The notes beneath the pieces are model-generated. The model ran no database searches and was not told where the DNA came from. It was given only the letters and a program-made list of their open reading frames with translations. A stretch of 64,000 nucleotides of DNA, taken from an uncultured virus (IMG/VR IMGVR_UViG_3300030103_005758). Lineage: Duplodnaviria; Heunggongvirae; Uroviricota; Caudoviricetes. Position numbers and translations under genes: made by a program. Below are positions 28,929 through 39,323 of this stretch, piece by piece. The first letter of the stretch is position 1. Each line of letters begins with the position of its first letter. Where the stretch lies: the IMG/VR virus record IMGVR_UViG_3300030103_005758; one strand, given 5' to 3'.

Positions 28929-30014
28929 ATGGCAAGAAAAAAAGTAAGCCTTGGGGGCGATATCTCCAAGTCTGTTAAGGGAACGTTCTCCCTTGATAAA
29001 TTTAAAGCAGCAAAAGGTTTAGGATCATCTAATAATACCTTTAAAGAACAATCATGGATACCTTTATCTCCAGCGTGGCAAGAAATGGTATCATTACCTG
29101 GTGTTCCTGCAGGTCATATTACTTTATTACGTGGACACTCTGATACTGGTAAAACTACCGCTTTATTAGAGGTAGCTGTTAATGCTCAAAAAATGGGAAT
29201 ATTACCTGTTTTTATAGTAACTGAGATGAAATGGTCTTGGGAACATGCTATGATGATGGGTCTAGAAGTAGATCTTGAAAAAGATGAAGATGGTAATACA
29301 ATAGGAGTTGATGGTAATTTTATTTTTGCTGATAGAGGGCAATTACCAACAGTAGAAGCTGTAGCAGGTTTTATGGCTGATTTAATGAATGAACAGAAAA
29401 AAGGTAATTTACCTATGGATATGGTATTCTTATGGGATTCTATTGGGTCTGTTCCATGTCAAATGTCAGTTGAAAAAGCTAAAAATAATAATGAATGGAA
29501 TGCTGGAGCAATGTCTACTCAATTTGGTAATTTTATAAACCAAGAAATCTTATTATCAAGAAAAGAATCTAGTCCTTACACTAATACATTAGTTGCTATT
29601 AATAAGATTTGGGTTGAAAAACCAATAGGTCCTATGCAACCACCAACTATGAAAAATAAGGGTGGTAACACAATGTTCTTTGATTCAACATTAATAGTAA
29701 CATTTGGTAATATCTCTAATTCAGGTAATTTAAAAGTTAATGCAGTTAAAGATGGTAAAAAGGTAGAATGGGCTAAAAAGGTTAAAACCGCTGTTGAAAA
29801 AAACCATATTAATGGTGTTACAACTACGGGTAAAATCATAGTTACACCTCATGGCTTTATATCTGATACTAAAAAAGATATAGACAATTATAAAAAAGCT
29901 CACCAATCAGAATGGGGTGCTATATTAGGTGAAGGTCCAATTGAAATAGTTTTAGAAGGATCTGAAGATGAAGATTTTGCTAATGTAGAAGCGATGGATG
30001 AAAGAACTCTATAA
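28929..30014 (+). CDS. uvsX: RecA/UvsX-like recombinase
   Basis: Walker A 'GHSDTGKT', Walker B 'FLWDSIG', 'KGG..M.F', 'VEKNH'. Confidence 0.85.
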   Translation: MARKKVSLGGDISKSVKGTFSLDKFKAAKGLGSSNNTFKEQSWIPLSPAWQEMVSLPGVPAGHITLLRGHSDTGKTTALLEVAVNAQKMGILPVFIVTEMKWSWEHAMMMGLEVDLEKDEDGNTIGVDGNFIFADRGQLPTVEAVAGFMADLMNEQKKGNLPMDMVFLWDSIGSVPCQMSVEKAKNNNEWNAGAMSTQFGNFINQEILLSRKESSPYTNTLVAINKIWVEKPIGPMQPPTMKNKGGNTMFFDSTLIVTFGNISNSGNLKVNAVKDGKKVEWAKKVKTAVEKNHINGVTTTGKIIVTPHGFISDTKKDIDNYKKAHQSEWGAILGEGPIEIVLEGSEDEDFANVEAMDERTL

Positions 30015-31026
30015 AGATATACTCAACAACTTGCATGAGGAGTCCAATTTAGAGCCCCTACACTTAAACAGTAGGGTGCTCTTAATTGATTCTATGAACA
30101 CGTTTTTGCGTTCATTTGCTATGATTCCCGCTATTAATCCACAAGGAAATCATGTTGGTGGTTTAGTTGGTTTTTTAAAATCATTAGGATATGTTATTAA
30201 ACTAATTAGACCAACTAGAGTTATCTTAGTTTTTGATGGTCAAGGTAATATTACAAATCGTAGAAATACCTATTCTGAATATAAAGCAAATCGTCAAATA
30301 AAAAGAATTACAAATTTTAAAGTTTTCTCAACATTAGCAGAAGAATCTGATTCAATTGCAACACAAATGTTAAGATTATTAGATTATTTAAAATCATTGC
30401 CCGTTAATATATCAATAATTGATAAAATAGAGGCAGATGATACTATAGCTTACCTATCACAAAAATTAAAAGATGATATTATTATCTATTCTGCTGATCA
30501 GGATTTTTTACAATTAGTAGATGATAGAATAACTGTATATTCACCTATTAAAAAGAAATTTTATAAACCAAATGATGTTTATGAGCAATATGGTATGCAT
30601 CCCTATAATTTTATTACAATGAAATGTTTAATGGGTGATAAATCTGATAATTTACCAGGTGTTAAGGGATTAGGTCCTAAAAAATTAATGAAATATTTTC
30701 CTGAAATAGCAGGTGAAAAAAGATTTACTTTACAAGAGGCATATCAAAAAGCAACTGATAAAGTAGAAGAACATGGAATATATGGTAATGTTCATTTATT
30801 TAAAAGTCAATTAGAAATTAATTATGAACTAATGTCTTTAAAAAATATTGAATTATTAGATAAAGATCAAAAAGAACTAGATGAATTAATAGATTCTCCT
30901 CCTTATGATTTTAATAAAAAAAGATTTTTAGAGATGTATGAAAAAGATTTATTAGGTAGAGGAATTCCTAATACAGAATTTTGGTTAGCAGAAGTTTTTT
31001 CGTATCTTCAAAAATATAAAAAATGA
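29998..31026 (+). CDS. 5'-3' exonuclease / flap endonuclease (T4 RNase H-like)
   Basis: 'LLIDSMN', 'VFDG', 'EYKANR', 'EADD', 'DQDFLQL', 'GDKSDNLPGVKGLGPK'. Confidence 0.9.
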   Translation: MKELYKDILNNLHEESNLEPLHLNSRVLLIDSMNTFLRSFAMIPAINPQGNHVGGLVGFLKSLGYVIKLIRPTRVILVFDGQGNITNRRNTYSEYKANRQIKRITNFKVFSTLAEESDSIATQMLRLLDYLKSLPVNISIIDKIEADDTIAYLSQKLKDDIIIYSADQDFLQLVDDRITVYSPIKKKFYKPNDVYEQYGMHPYNFITMKCLMGDKSDNLPGVKGLGPKKLMKYFPEIAGEKRFTLQEAYQKATDKVEEHGIYGNVHLFKSQLEINYELMSLKNIELLDKDQKELDELIDSPPYDFNKKRFLEMYEKDLLGRGIPNTEFWLAEVFSYLQKYKK

Positions 31027-31595
31027 ATATAAAAAATATTTTTCCTACTGGTATTATTACCCATCAGGTATCACCTCAAATAGCAGATTATGTAGAGGAT
31101 TTAGTAGTACCTAGGTTAAAGCATTTAGATTTTAATAATGAAAATTATTCTGATTTTTTTAATAAAGAAGAAATATTAAATATTAACGAAGTCCCTTTAC
31201 TAAAGAAAGAAATTGAAAAGTGTATAAATTTTTTCGAAAAAACTTATTCAATTCCAAATAAAACTAAAATAAATTCATATTGGGTTCAAGATTATAAATT
31301 TAATAATTTTCATGGTATTCATAATCATGGTAGGAATGAAATATCTATAGTATATTGGATAAGAGCCAATGAAGATGCCGGTATGTTTTGTCTGAGTAAC
31401 CCTTCTCCATTTACTAATCTTTGGTATTCACCATATGCATTTTATGATAATTCAAATAACCCTTATATTAAAGATAAATATGTTATCCAACCAACTAAAG
31501 GTTCTCTTATAGCATTTCCAAGTTTTTTAAATCATGAGGTCCTCCCAGGGGGAAAAAATTGTATAAGAACTACTTTAGCTTTAAATTCTCTATAA
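31023..31595 (+). CDS. 2OG-Fe(II) oxygenase (TIGR02466-like)
   Basis: 'HGIHNH', 'FPSFLNHEV', 'RTTLALN'. Confidence 0.8.
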   Translation: MNIKNIFPTGIITHQVSPQIADYVEDLVVPRLKHLDFNNENYSDFFNKEEILNINEVPLLKKEIEKCINFFEKTYSIPNKTKINSYWVQDYKFNNFHGIHNHGRNEISIVYWIRANEDAGMFCLSNPSPFTNLWYSPYAFYDNSNNPYIKDKYVIQPTKGSLIAFPSFLNHEVLPGGKNCIRTTLALNSL

Positions 31596-32974
31596 TGACA
31601 CTAAAAAGTTTATCTCAATATGGTCCCCATTTTCAAGTAAAAGTATTACATTCTTTACTTAAAAATAAGAAATTTACTCTTAATATTAGAGATGTTATTA
31701 TGCCTTCTTATTTTGAAAATGAAGCACATAAATGGATTGTTAGAGAAGCATTACAATATTTTGATAAATTTCATGCTAATCCAACTTTAGATTTTTTAAA
31801 AATTGAAGTTAAAAAGTTAGATAATGAAGTATTAAAAATTGCTATTGTAGAGCAATTAAAAGAAATATATAAATTAACCAATGATGATCAGGAATATGTT
31901 GAAGGTGAGTTTTCTAGTTTTTGTAAAAACCAATCATTAAAAGATGCATTACTTAAATCAGTAGATTTACTTGCTGGTGGAATGTTTGATGATATTAGAT
32001 TTACAATTGATAATGCATTAAAAGCAGGACAAGACAAAGATATAGGACATGAGTATCTAAAAGATATGGAAGCCCGTTACAAAGAAGAAGATCGTCAAGT
32101 AATACCAACTCCTTGGGCTGTTATAAATGAAAGATTAATGGGTGGTTTAGGTGGAGGAGATTTTGGTTTAATATTTGGTTCCCCAGGTGGTGGTAAATCT
32201 TGGAGTTTAGTTGCTTTAGGGGCACATGCTATAAAATTAGGATTAAATGTTATACATTACACTCTAGAATTATCAGAAGGATATGTTGGAAAAAGATATG
32301 ATGCACACTTTGTTAACCAACCAGTAAATACTATCCATTTACATAAAGAAAAAATAGATGAATATGTTAAAGGTTTAAAAGGAACTTTAACAATTAAAGA
32401 ATATTCACCAGGACAAGCGTCTATGTCTACAATAGAAGCACACATCTCAAAAGTCACAGATTTAGGTTATGCTCCTGATTTAGTAATTATTGATTATGTA
32501 GATTTATTAAAAAGTACTAGTGGATCTAAAGATGAAAAAGAAAAATTAGATAACACTTATATATCTACTAAAGCACTAGCCAGAACTTTAAATATTCCTA
32601 TTTGGTCTGTATCACAAGTTAATAGAGCAGGTGCAAGAGATGAAACCATTGAAGGGGATAAGGCGGCAGGATCATATAATAAAATGATGATTACTGATTT
32701 TTGTATGTCTTTATCAAGATTACCTCAAGATAAGGTTAATGGTACTGGTAGATTTTTTATAATGAAAAATAGATATGGATTTGATGGTGTAACTTATCAT
32801 GCTGACATAGATGCATCAACAGGCCACATAAAAATGGATGAAGAACCAAGAATTTTTACTGAAAATGAGCCGGTTTCAACATCTAACAATTTTAACGAAC
32901 CAACGAAGAATGATAAATTTGTATTAAATCAACTTTTTCAAGATTCTTCTTTAATTAATGATAAGGATTCATAG
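31595..32974 (+). CDS. Replicative DnaB-like helicase (gp41-like)
   Basis: 'GSPGGGKS', 'LELS', 'IIDYVDL', 'SQVNR', 'KNRYG'; ATG at 31595 overlaps the upstream TAA. Confidence 0.9.
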   Translation: MTLKSLSQYGPHFQVKVLHSLLKNKKFTLNIRDVIMPSYFENEAHKWIVREALQYFDKFHANPTLDFLKIEVKKLDNEVLKIAIVEQLKEIYKLTNDDQEYVEGEFSSFCKNQSLKDALLKSVDLLAGGMFDDIRFTIDNALKAGQDKDIGHEYLKDMEARYKEEDRQVIPTPWAVINERLMGGLGGGDFGLIFGSPGGGKSWSLVALGAHAIKLGLNVIHYTLELSEGYVGKRYDAHFVNQPVNTIHLHKEKIDEYVKGLKGTLTIKEYSPGQASMSTIEAHISKVTDLGYAPDLVIIDYVDLLKSTSGSKDEKEKLDNTYISTKALARTLNIPIWSVSQVNRAGARDETIEGDKAAGSYNKMMITDFCMSLSRLPQDKVNGTGRFFIMKNRYGFDGVTYHADIDASTGHIKMDEEPRIFTENEPVSTSNNFNEPTKNDKFVLNQLFQDSSLINDKDS

Positions 32975-33018
32975 TATATATTGTATTTATGACCCCAAAA
33001 TTTTAAAAAATAATTTAT

Positions 33019-33999
33019 ATGAGAGACATAACCCAAGAAAGAATAGTATACAAACCATTTGAATATCCAGAAGCACATGATTATTGGATGAAACAACAAC
33101 AAGCACATTGGTTACACACTGAAGTACCTATGATGTCAGATGTTAATGATTGGAAACAAAATTTAAATGAAAATGAAAAAAATATAATTGGTACTATTTT
33201 AAAGGGGTTTGCCCAAACAGAAACAGTAGTAAATGATTATTGGACTAACTTAGTAACATCTTGGTTTAGAAAACCGGAAATTATCAAAATGGGTGTTACA
33301 TTTGGTGCATTTGAAACTATTCATGCTGAGGCATATTCGTTATTAAATGAAGAATTAGGATTAGATGATTTTAGTGAATTTTTAGAGGATGAAACTACAA
33401 TGGCTAAAATTGAAACATTAATGGAGGTTAGAGATTCTCATGATGGTACTCCCGATTGGAGTGCTAGAGCAAAATCATTAGCTGTTTTTTCTGCTTTTAC
33501 AGAAGGGGTTAACTTATTTTCATCATTTGCTATTTTATTATCTTTTAAATTAAGAAATTTACTAAAAGGTGTAGGACAAATAGTAGAGTGGAGTATTAGA
33601 GATGAATCATTACATTCAAACGCAGGATGTTGGTTATTTAGACAATTAATGGAAGAAAAACCAGAATTAAATACTCCTGAATTAAGAGAATCTATTAAAG
33701 AAGCAGCTTTATTATCTTTAAAGCTAGAGTTAGATTTTATAGATAAAGTTTATGAAATGGGAGATTTGGAAGGTTGTTCTAAATATGATTTAGTTTCATT
33801 TATTAAACATAGAGTTAATACTAAAATGGGTGATTTAGGATTAGAGCCCGTAGTTAATGGTATAGATAAGGAAGCAGTACAAAGAATGAAATGGTTTGAT
33901 TCTTTATCTGCTGGAAAACAACATACAGATTTCTTTGCAAATCGAGTTACAAATTATTCAAAAGGAGCCCAAAAGTGGGACGCAAACGACTTATTTTAA
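33019..33999 (+). CDS. nrdB: Ribonucleotide reductase class I beta subunit
   Basis: 'ETIHAEAY', 'EGVNLFSSF', 'RDESLH', 'HTDFF..RVTNY'. Confidence 0.95.
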   Translation: MRDITQERIVYKPFEYPEAHDYWMKQQQAHWLHTEVPMMSDVNDWKQNLNENEKNIIGTILKGFAQTETVVNDYWTNLVTSWFRKPEIIKMGVTFGAFETIHAEAYSLLNEELGLDDFSEFLEDETTMAKIETLMEVRDSHDGTPDWSARAKSLAVFSAFTEGVNLFSSFAILLSFKLRNLLKGVGQIVEWSIRDESLHSNAGCWLFRQLMEEKPELNTPELRESIKEAALLSLKLELDFIDKVYEMGDLEGCSKYDLVSFIKHRVNTKMGDLGLEPVVNGIDKEAVQRMKWFDSLSAGKQHTDFFANRVTNYSKGAQKWDANDLF

Positions 34000-34000
34000 A

Positions 34001-35713
34001 ATGGACGGAAATATTAGTGTAGATACTTCAAATTGGGAAGTAGGAAAAGATTACCCTACTTGGATGGATGAAATTTCTTTGGCAACTGTGTCTAAAGGTT
34101 ATTTAATCCCTGGAGAAACCCCAAAAACAGCATATAAAAGAGTTGCAAGAGCTGCGGCTATGAGATTAAGAAAACCTGAATTAGAAAATAAGTTCTATAA
34201 ACTAATGTGGAATGGATGGTTAGGTCTTGCCTCACCAGTATTTTCTAATATGGGAACAGATAGAGGTTTACCAATTTCATGTTTTGGTGTTGATACACCT
34301 GATTCAATTAGAGGAATTGGGTTAACAAATGCAGAAGTTATGAAATTAACTTCACAAGGTGGGGGTGTAGGAATTTCCGTTTCTAGAATTAGATCTAGAG
34401 GAACATCTATCACAGGTAATGGCAAATCAGAAGGAGTAGTTCCTTGGTGTAAAATCTATGATTCTACTATTATTGCTACTAATCAAGGCAATGTTAGAAG
34501 AGGTGCTGCATCAGTAAATTTAGATATTAACCATCCTGATATTGAAGAATACTTACAAATTAGAAGACCAAAAGGTGATCCAAATAGACAATGTTTAAAT
34601 CTTCACCAATGTGTTGTTGTAGATGATGTGTTTATGAGAAAATTAGAATCAAGGGATCAAGAGGCAATGGCGTTATGGGCAGAGATTTTAAAATCAAGAA
34701 TGGAAACTGGTGAACCTTATATAATGTATAAGGATAATGTAAATAAAAATAACCCTATTGCTTATATGATGAATAATTTAGATGTAAGTATGACAAATAT
34801 CTGTACTGAAATCACCTTATTTACTGATGAAGAACATTCATTTATTTGTTGTTTATCTTCTTTAAATTTAGCTAAATATGATGAATGGAAAGATACAGAT
34901 ACTGTAGAAGTTGCTACTTGGTTCTTAGATGGTGTAATGCAAGAATTTATAGATAAATCAAATGGTAAAGATTCATTAAAAAGAACTCATGCCCATGCTA
35001 AAAAAGGTAGAGCATTAGGATTAGGGGTAATGGGATGGCATACTTATTTACAACAAAAAGAATTACCATTTAATTCAATTGCTTCAACTGCTCATACACA
35101 CAATATTTTTTCAGATATTAAAAATAAAGCTGAAAGAGCATCAAGAGACTTAGCACAAGAATATGGAGAACCACTTTGGTGTAAGGGTACTGGTATGAGA
35201 AATACGCATTTACTTGCGATAGCTCCTACTGTATCGAATAGTGTAATTACTGGTGGTATTTCCGCTGGTATTGAGCCGTTACCTGCTAATATTTACACAT
35301 TTAATGGCGCTAAAGGTACATTTATTCGTAAAAATAAAGTATTAGAAATTTTACTAGAATCTAAAAAAGAAAATAAAAATAAATGGTGGGATCAAATGCT
35401 AGCTGATGGGGGATCTGTTCAAAATTTACCTGATACTGTTTTATCTCCTGATGAAAAAGAATTATTCTTAACATTTCCAGAAATTAATCAATTAGAATTA
35501 GTTAGACAGGCTGCTATTAGACAAAGATATTTAGATCAAACTCAATCATTAAATTTAAGTTTTGATCCTAATGATTCTCCTAAATGGATAAATCAATGTC
35601 ATATTGAGGCTTGGAAATTAGGAATTAAAACCCTTTATTATCTAAGAACAGATTCAGTAATTAAAGGTGATTTAGGATCACGTATGGCTGATTGTGTTTC
35701 TTGTGAAGGATAA
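34001..35713 (+). CDS. nrdA: Ribonucleotide reductase class I alpha subunit
   Basis: 'PISCF', 'TNICTEI', 'CCLSSLNL', 'IAPTVS', 'KTLYY', C-terminal 'CVSCEG'; start taken at 34001. Confidence 0.95.
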   Translation: MDGNISVDTSNWEVGKDYPTWMDEISLATVSKGYLIPGETPKTAYKRVARAAAMRLRKPELENKFYKLMWNGWLGLASPVFSNMGTDRGLPISCFGVDTPDSIRGIGLTNAEVMKLTSQGGGVGISVSRIRSRGTSITGNGKSEGVVPWCKIYDSTIIATNQGNVRRGAASVNLDINHPDIEEYLQIRRPKGDPNRQCLNLHQCVVVDDVFMRKLESRDQEAMALWAEILKSRMETGEPYIMYKDNVNKNNPIAYMMNNLDVSMTNICTEITLFTDEEHSFICCLSSLNLAKYDEWKDTDTVEVATWFLDGVMQEFIDKSNGKDSLKRTHAHAKKGRALGLGVMGWHTYLQQKELPFNSIASTAHTHNIFSDIKNKAERASRDLAQEYGEPLWCKGTGMRNTHLLAIAPTVSNSVITGGISAGIEPLPANIYTFNGAKGTFIRKNKVLEILLESKKENKNKWWDQMLADGGSVQNLPDTVLSPDEKELFLTFPEINQLELVRQAAIRQRYLDQTQSLNLSFDPNDSPKWINQCHIEAWKLGIKTLYYLRTDSVIKGDLGSRMADCVSCEG

Positions 35714-35729
35714 ATTAATTATTTAAAAA

Positions 35730-36533
35730 ATGGATATTAGAAAAAAAGATGCTGAAATAAAAAATGAATTAAAAGATTTAGATAAGTCTATAACAAATTA
35801 TTTACATACATCAAAAATTAAAAGAAAACAAAAATTTGAAAAAAAATGGTTTCGTTTAATTAAAAAATATTTTTTACCTAATTTAAATAAAACTTTTACA
35901 TTAGAACAAAGAAATCTAAAAATAATAATTAAAAATACCCAACAAAATATAATAGACATTTCATTAGAAACTAAAAGAGAAATTAAAAATGAAAAAAGTT
36001 TTTTTACTAATATCTTAAGTACAAATTGTACTCATGGGAAAGAAAGTTTAGTATATAAAAGCTTTTCTTTATTAGGTAAAATTTCTGAATTGTTGTTAAA
36101 AAATCAAAATATATTTTTAAAAGAATTAAATATAATTTATAACCAAATTGAAGAAGAATATATAAATAAAGTCCAACCTAAGTATAAAAAACAAGTTAAA
36201 GTATGGATGGAAAAATATGAAAAATATATAGAATGGCATTATTCTCTTTTTTTAAAAGAATTACAAGAAAATAATTTGTTAGAATTTGATGAACCTGAAG
36301 ATTTTTCCCACAGGGGTTTTAGTATTGATAAAAAATGTATAAATTCTATTAGTTTTTCTAATGTTAACCTTAAAAAAGATTATGGTGAAGTTAAATTACA
36401 TACTATAGATAATAAGGTTTATCATTTAAAATATGATGATTTTAAACTCTCTATGTTAAATGTTTTTATAACAGAAGGTAAAATACTTCGTTTTAAAAAA
36501 TTTAAAGATCTTGATAAGTTTTGGTATAAATAA
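35730..36533 (+). CDS. Hypothetical protein (very AT/Lys-rich)
   Basis: Long ORF only. Confidence 0.55.
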   Translation: MDIRKKDAEIKNELKDLDKSITNYLHTSKIKRKQKFEKKWFRLIKKYFLPNLNKTFTLEQRNLKIIIKNTQQNIIDISLETKREIKNEKSFFTNILSTNCTHGKESLVYKSFSLLGKISELLLKNQNIFLKELNIIYNQIEEEYINKVQPKYKKQVKVWMEKYEKYIEWHYSLFLKELQENNLLEFDEPEDFSHRGFSIDKKCINSISFSNVNLKKDYGEVKLHTIDNKVYHLKYDDFKLSMLNVFITEGKILRFKKFKDLDKFWYK

Positions 36534-36534
36534 A

Positions 36535-36570
36535 TTTGATTACCTGAAAAATTTTTCGTACATTTACGGC
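36535..36570 (+). promoter_or_regulatory. Early/host-type promoter
   Basis: TTTG, then TTCGTACATTTACG starting 20 nt later; same motif at 37343 and 62441. Confidence 0.65.
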
Positions 36571-36588
36571 CAATTTAAAATATAAAAT

Positions 36589-36993
36589 ATGGAAAAGGTT
36601 ATAGTAGAATATGATAATGATGTTGTTTCAACTTACGATATCGTTACTTTTAGATCATATAAAAAAGGTAAAAAAGAAGTATTATTTAATCACGTAGATG
36701 ATTTAATTAATCACCCCTCTGTGAGATCTCATAAATTTGTAAATCCCACAAAAAAGAGAAGTGTAGGAGAAGGTACTACTTCAACTTACATACCAAAAAA
36801 TAAAAAAGAAAATATTTCAATGCCTATAGAAATAGCTGATGAAATAGTCATGTTTGCTAAGGGTGATGGAGCTGGTTTTACTAAAGAAATAGTAGACAAA
36901 TGGAATCAATATCTTGACTTTAATTTACATACTAAATTTGAAAGGTATGGTTTTACTGGTTCTTCAAGATTAAATACTATTTTTAAAATATAA
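36589..36993 (+). CDS. Hypothetical protein
   Basis: ORF directly after promoter motif. Confidence 0.65.
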   Translation: MEKVIVEYDNDVVSTYDIVTFRSYKKGKKEVLFNHVDDLINHPSVRSHKFVNPTKKRSVGEGTTSTYIPKNKKENISMPIEIADEIVMFAKGDGAGFTKEIVDKWNQYLDFNLHTKFERYGFTGSSRLNTIFKI

Positions 36994-37341
36994 ATGGATC
37001 CAAAATTAATATTTTTAGGTTTTTTATACTTTATAATTGGTCAAGTAATTATTTGGTTCCAATCACATTTACAATTTTTTAATAATTGGTCTAAAGATAA
37101 TCCTTTTATAATATCAATAGCTGGTATATTAGTATCATATGTTTCAATTTTAGCTACAAAACACTTAGCAGATGCCTTTGATGGTTTGGTTTGGCCTTCA
37201 AGACTTATAGGATTTGGAATAGGAATAGTTATATTTTCAGGTTTAACTTGGTGGTTATTAGGTGAAAAACTAGATATGAAATCAGCTATATGTGTTGTAC
37301 TAGCATTTTGTATACTTCTAATTCAACTTTACTGGAAATAA
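36994..37341 (+). CDS. Small 4-TM membrane protein (SMR/DMT-like)
   Basis: Four hydrophobic segments, 'WWLLGE'. Confidence 0.6.
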   Translation: MDPKLIFLGFLYFIIGQVIIWFQSHLQFFNNWSKDNPFIISIAGILVSYVSILATKHLADAFDGLVWPSRLIGFGIGIVIFSGLTWWLLGEKLDMKSAICVVLAFCILLIQLYWK

Positions 37342-37342
37342 A

Positions 37343-37378
37343 TTTGGCTACCTGAAATAGGGTTCGTATATTTACGTG
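37343..37378 (+). promoter_or_regulatory. Early/host-type promoter
   Basis: TTTGGCTACCTGAAA...TTCGTATATTTACG. Confidence 0.65.
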
Positions 37379-37402
37379 TTCAATTAAAAAGTTAAAGGTT
37401 AT

Positions 37403-37540
37403 ATGGATACATTAGTTTATATATTTGCAGGCATTGGAGTACTAGCTACTATAATAGCCTTATATTATTTCATAAAAGATCAGTATGCGATCTGGGAGAT
37501 GAATACTTACGAGAGATTAAAAAAGAAATTTGATTGGTAA
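37403..37540 (+). CDS. Small single-TM protein (45 aa, not in ORF track)
   Basis: MDTLVYIFAGIGVLATIIALYYFIKDQY...FDW*; TAATG-coupled to next gene. Confidence 0.55.
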   Translation: MDTLVYIFAGIGVLATIIALYYFIKDQYAIWEMNTYERLKKKFDW

Positions 37541-37722
37541 TGAGTACTCATCCTATTGTTCAGGAATTTATAGAATTTAAGAATAGACAACTATTAAAAT
37601 TAGTTAATAGGGAGATTAAATTTAAAGATTTTATTCATCTTGTAGATGAAACTAAACAAGAAGCTATTAAAGAAAGTGGCTTATCTAAAAAAGAATTTTC
37701 AAAACAAGTAATAAATGGCTAA
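37540..37722 (+). CDS. Hypothetical protein
   Basis: MSTHPIVQEF...; coupled start. Confidence 0.55.
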   Translation: MSTHPIVQEFIEFKNRQLLKLVNREIKFKDFIHLVDETKQEAIKESGLSKKEFSKQVING

Positions 37723-37855
37723 ATCACCAAAATGGATATTATATAATGGCAAAAAGAAAAAATGTTTTGGCATTCACACTAATGATAATTATATTGTAAA
37801 AATGAACGGAACATTAGTTCAAATACCTAAAGAAAAAGTTGAAATATATGGCTAG
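37715..37855 (+). CDS. Hypothetical protein (46 aa, not in ORF track)
   Basis: MAKSPKWILYNGKKKKCFGIH...VEIYG*; overlaps both neighbours. Confidence 0.5.
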   Translation: MAKSPKWILYNGKKKKCFGIHTNDNYIVKMNGTLVQIPKEKVEIYG

Positions 37856-38078
37856 AGGAAGAACTTCAGAGTACGCTAAATTACCAATTAGTATTGTATT
37901 TGCTACTTCAAAAAGATCAAATGCAAAAATTAAAATTAAAACTATTAAAAATAGAAATATTGATCAATTACTTGACTGTAATTTTAATATTCCTGGTATT
38001 CCTAAAATAGCAGTTATATTAGAGGTTGGAGTAGGTAAAGCTTTTCACGACATTTATAAGAAGAAATATGGTCTATAA
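37848..38078 (+). CDS. Hypothetical basic protein
   Basis: MARGRTSEY... Confidence 0.55.
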   Translation: MARGRTSEYAKLPISIVFATSKRSNAKIKIKTIKNRNIDQLLDCNFNIPGIPKIAVILEVGVGKAFHDIYKKKYGL

Positions 38079-38598
38079 ACCTGCATTTACTAGAGAAGAA
38101 TTAAAAGAAAAATTCTCACATTTACAAAAACTAAATTATAATCAATTTAGATGGTGGAGAATGTATGATGTAAAAAAGAAACCATTAGCGGCATATTGTT
38201 CATTACGTGATCGTATAGCAAATGGTGATTATGATTTTTCCCATTATTGGTATCAGGCAGCGTGGGTAGAACATGATATAAATGACTTAGCAATTGAATG
38301 TAAAGATGATGCTGGATTATTCTCAGAAAAGGTTCAAGTGCTGAGTGCGCGCCGTAAACGTTTATATGAGGATTATGAAAAAGATGAAAAATGGAAGTTA
38401 GATGATTTAGTTAAAGAATTTTCTCGTAATTTTTATATAACAAAAGATGAAGCTATGTTGGAGATGGAAGAATTTGGTGGTACATTACTTGAGTTACATG
38501 ATTATATTTCAACACATTCAAAATATAAATTAAAAGCAAATAAATCCCCCAGGGTAACATTTAAAAAAAGAGGTAGACCTAAAAAAATAGTAGCATGA
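38068..38598 (+). CDS. Hypothetical protein
   Basis: Intact ORF; AT-hook-like 'KKRGRPKK' tail. Confidence 0.65.
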   Translation: MVYKPAFTREELKEKFSHLQKLNYNQFRWWRMYDVKKKPLAAYCSLRDRIANGDYDFSHYWYQAAWVEHDINDLAIECKDDAGLFSEKVQVLSARRKRLYEDYEKDEKWKLDDLVKEFSRNFYITKDEAMLEMEEFGGTLLELHDYISTHSKYKLKANKSPRVTFKKRGRPKKIVA

Positions 38599-38759
38599 AA
38601 ATAAATAAACACCCCGATCCAAAAAAACATTTAATAGCATCACTTATAAAATCAGTAGTTAGACTACTTGGATATTTTGCTCTTTGGTATGATATTAGTA
38701 TAGCAGCTACTTTACTAATTTTATCTGAAATGATAGGTATAGGTGAAGAACTAGTTTAA
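38595..38759 (+). CDS. Small membrane protein (54 aa, not in ORF track)
   Basis: MKINKHPDPKKHLIASLIKSVVRLLG...SEMIGIGEELV*; ATGA overlap. Confidence 0.6.
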   Translation: MKINKHPDPKKHLIASLIKSVVRLLGYFALWYDISIAATLLILSEMIGIGEELV

Positions 38760-39323
38760 ATGAATAAGATCATACATCCTTTTCAATTTCCTATATATAG
38801 TAAAAAATTATCAAGTTCTAATTTTTTAAAAATAAAAAATGATGTAGATATATTTCTTCAAAATAATACTTTAACAACACCTATTAATTGGGATTGCAAT
38901 ACTTTAAGTAGTATAAATATCCCCCCAGATAAAAATATTAATAGCCCTACTTTAATAAATGAAATTCATAAATCATCATTAGAGTATTATAAAACATGGG
39001 AATTTGAAAATAATTTTAATTTAACCCTTTATCATATGTGGGTTAATATAGCCTCCCCAGGAGATTATCAAGAAGTTCATCACCATATTCCTTCACTATT
39101 TAGTGGTGTTTTATATATAGATTGTTCTGAAAAAAGTGGAAATATTTCTTTTAGAAATCCTTTAAAATCTGAATTTGGTTTAATGGGAATTGAAAAAAAT
39201 ATTACAATTACCCCTGAAATGGGATTATTAATTTTATTTCCTTCTTGGTTAGAACATTCTGTATTTGAAAATAAATCAAATAAAAATAGAATATCAGTTA
39301 GTTTTAATATAAATAAAAAATGA
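38760..39323 (+). CDS. 2OG-Fe(II) oxygenase (TIGR02466-like)
   Basis: 'WVN', 'HHH...FSGVLY', 'FPSWLEHSV', 'RISVSFN'. Confidence 0.85.
   Translation: MNKIIHPFQFPIYSKKLSSSNFLKIKNDVDIFLQNNTLTTPINWDCNTLSSINIPPDKNINSPTLINEIHKSSLEYYKTWEFENNFNLTLYHMWVNIASPGDYQEVHHHIPSLFSGVLYIDCSEKSGNISFRNPLKSEFGLMGIEKNITITPEMGLLILFPSWLEHSVFENKSNKNRISVSFNINKK

Noticed and set aside
33896..34000. N-terminal extensions in the ORF track (nrdA 33896, helicase 31559, 39522, 59884, 60588)
   Set aside because: They overlap upstream genes extensively; downstream coupled ATGs are more plausible.
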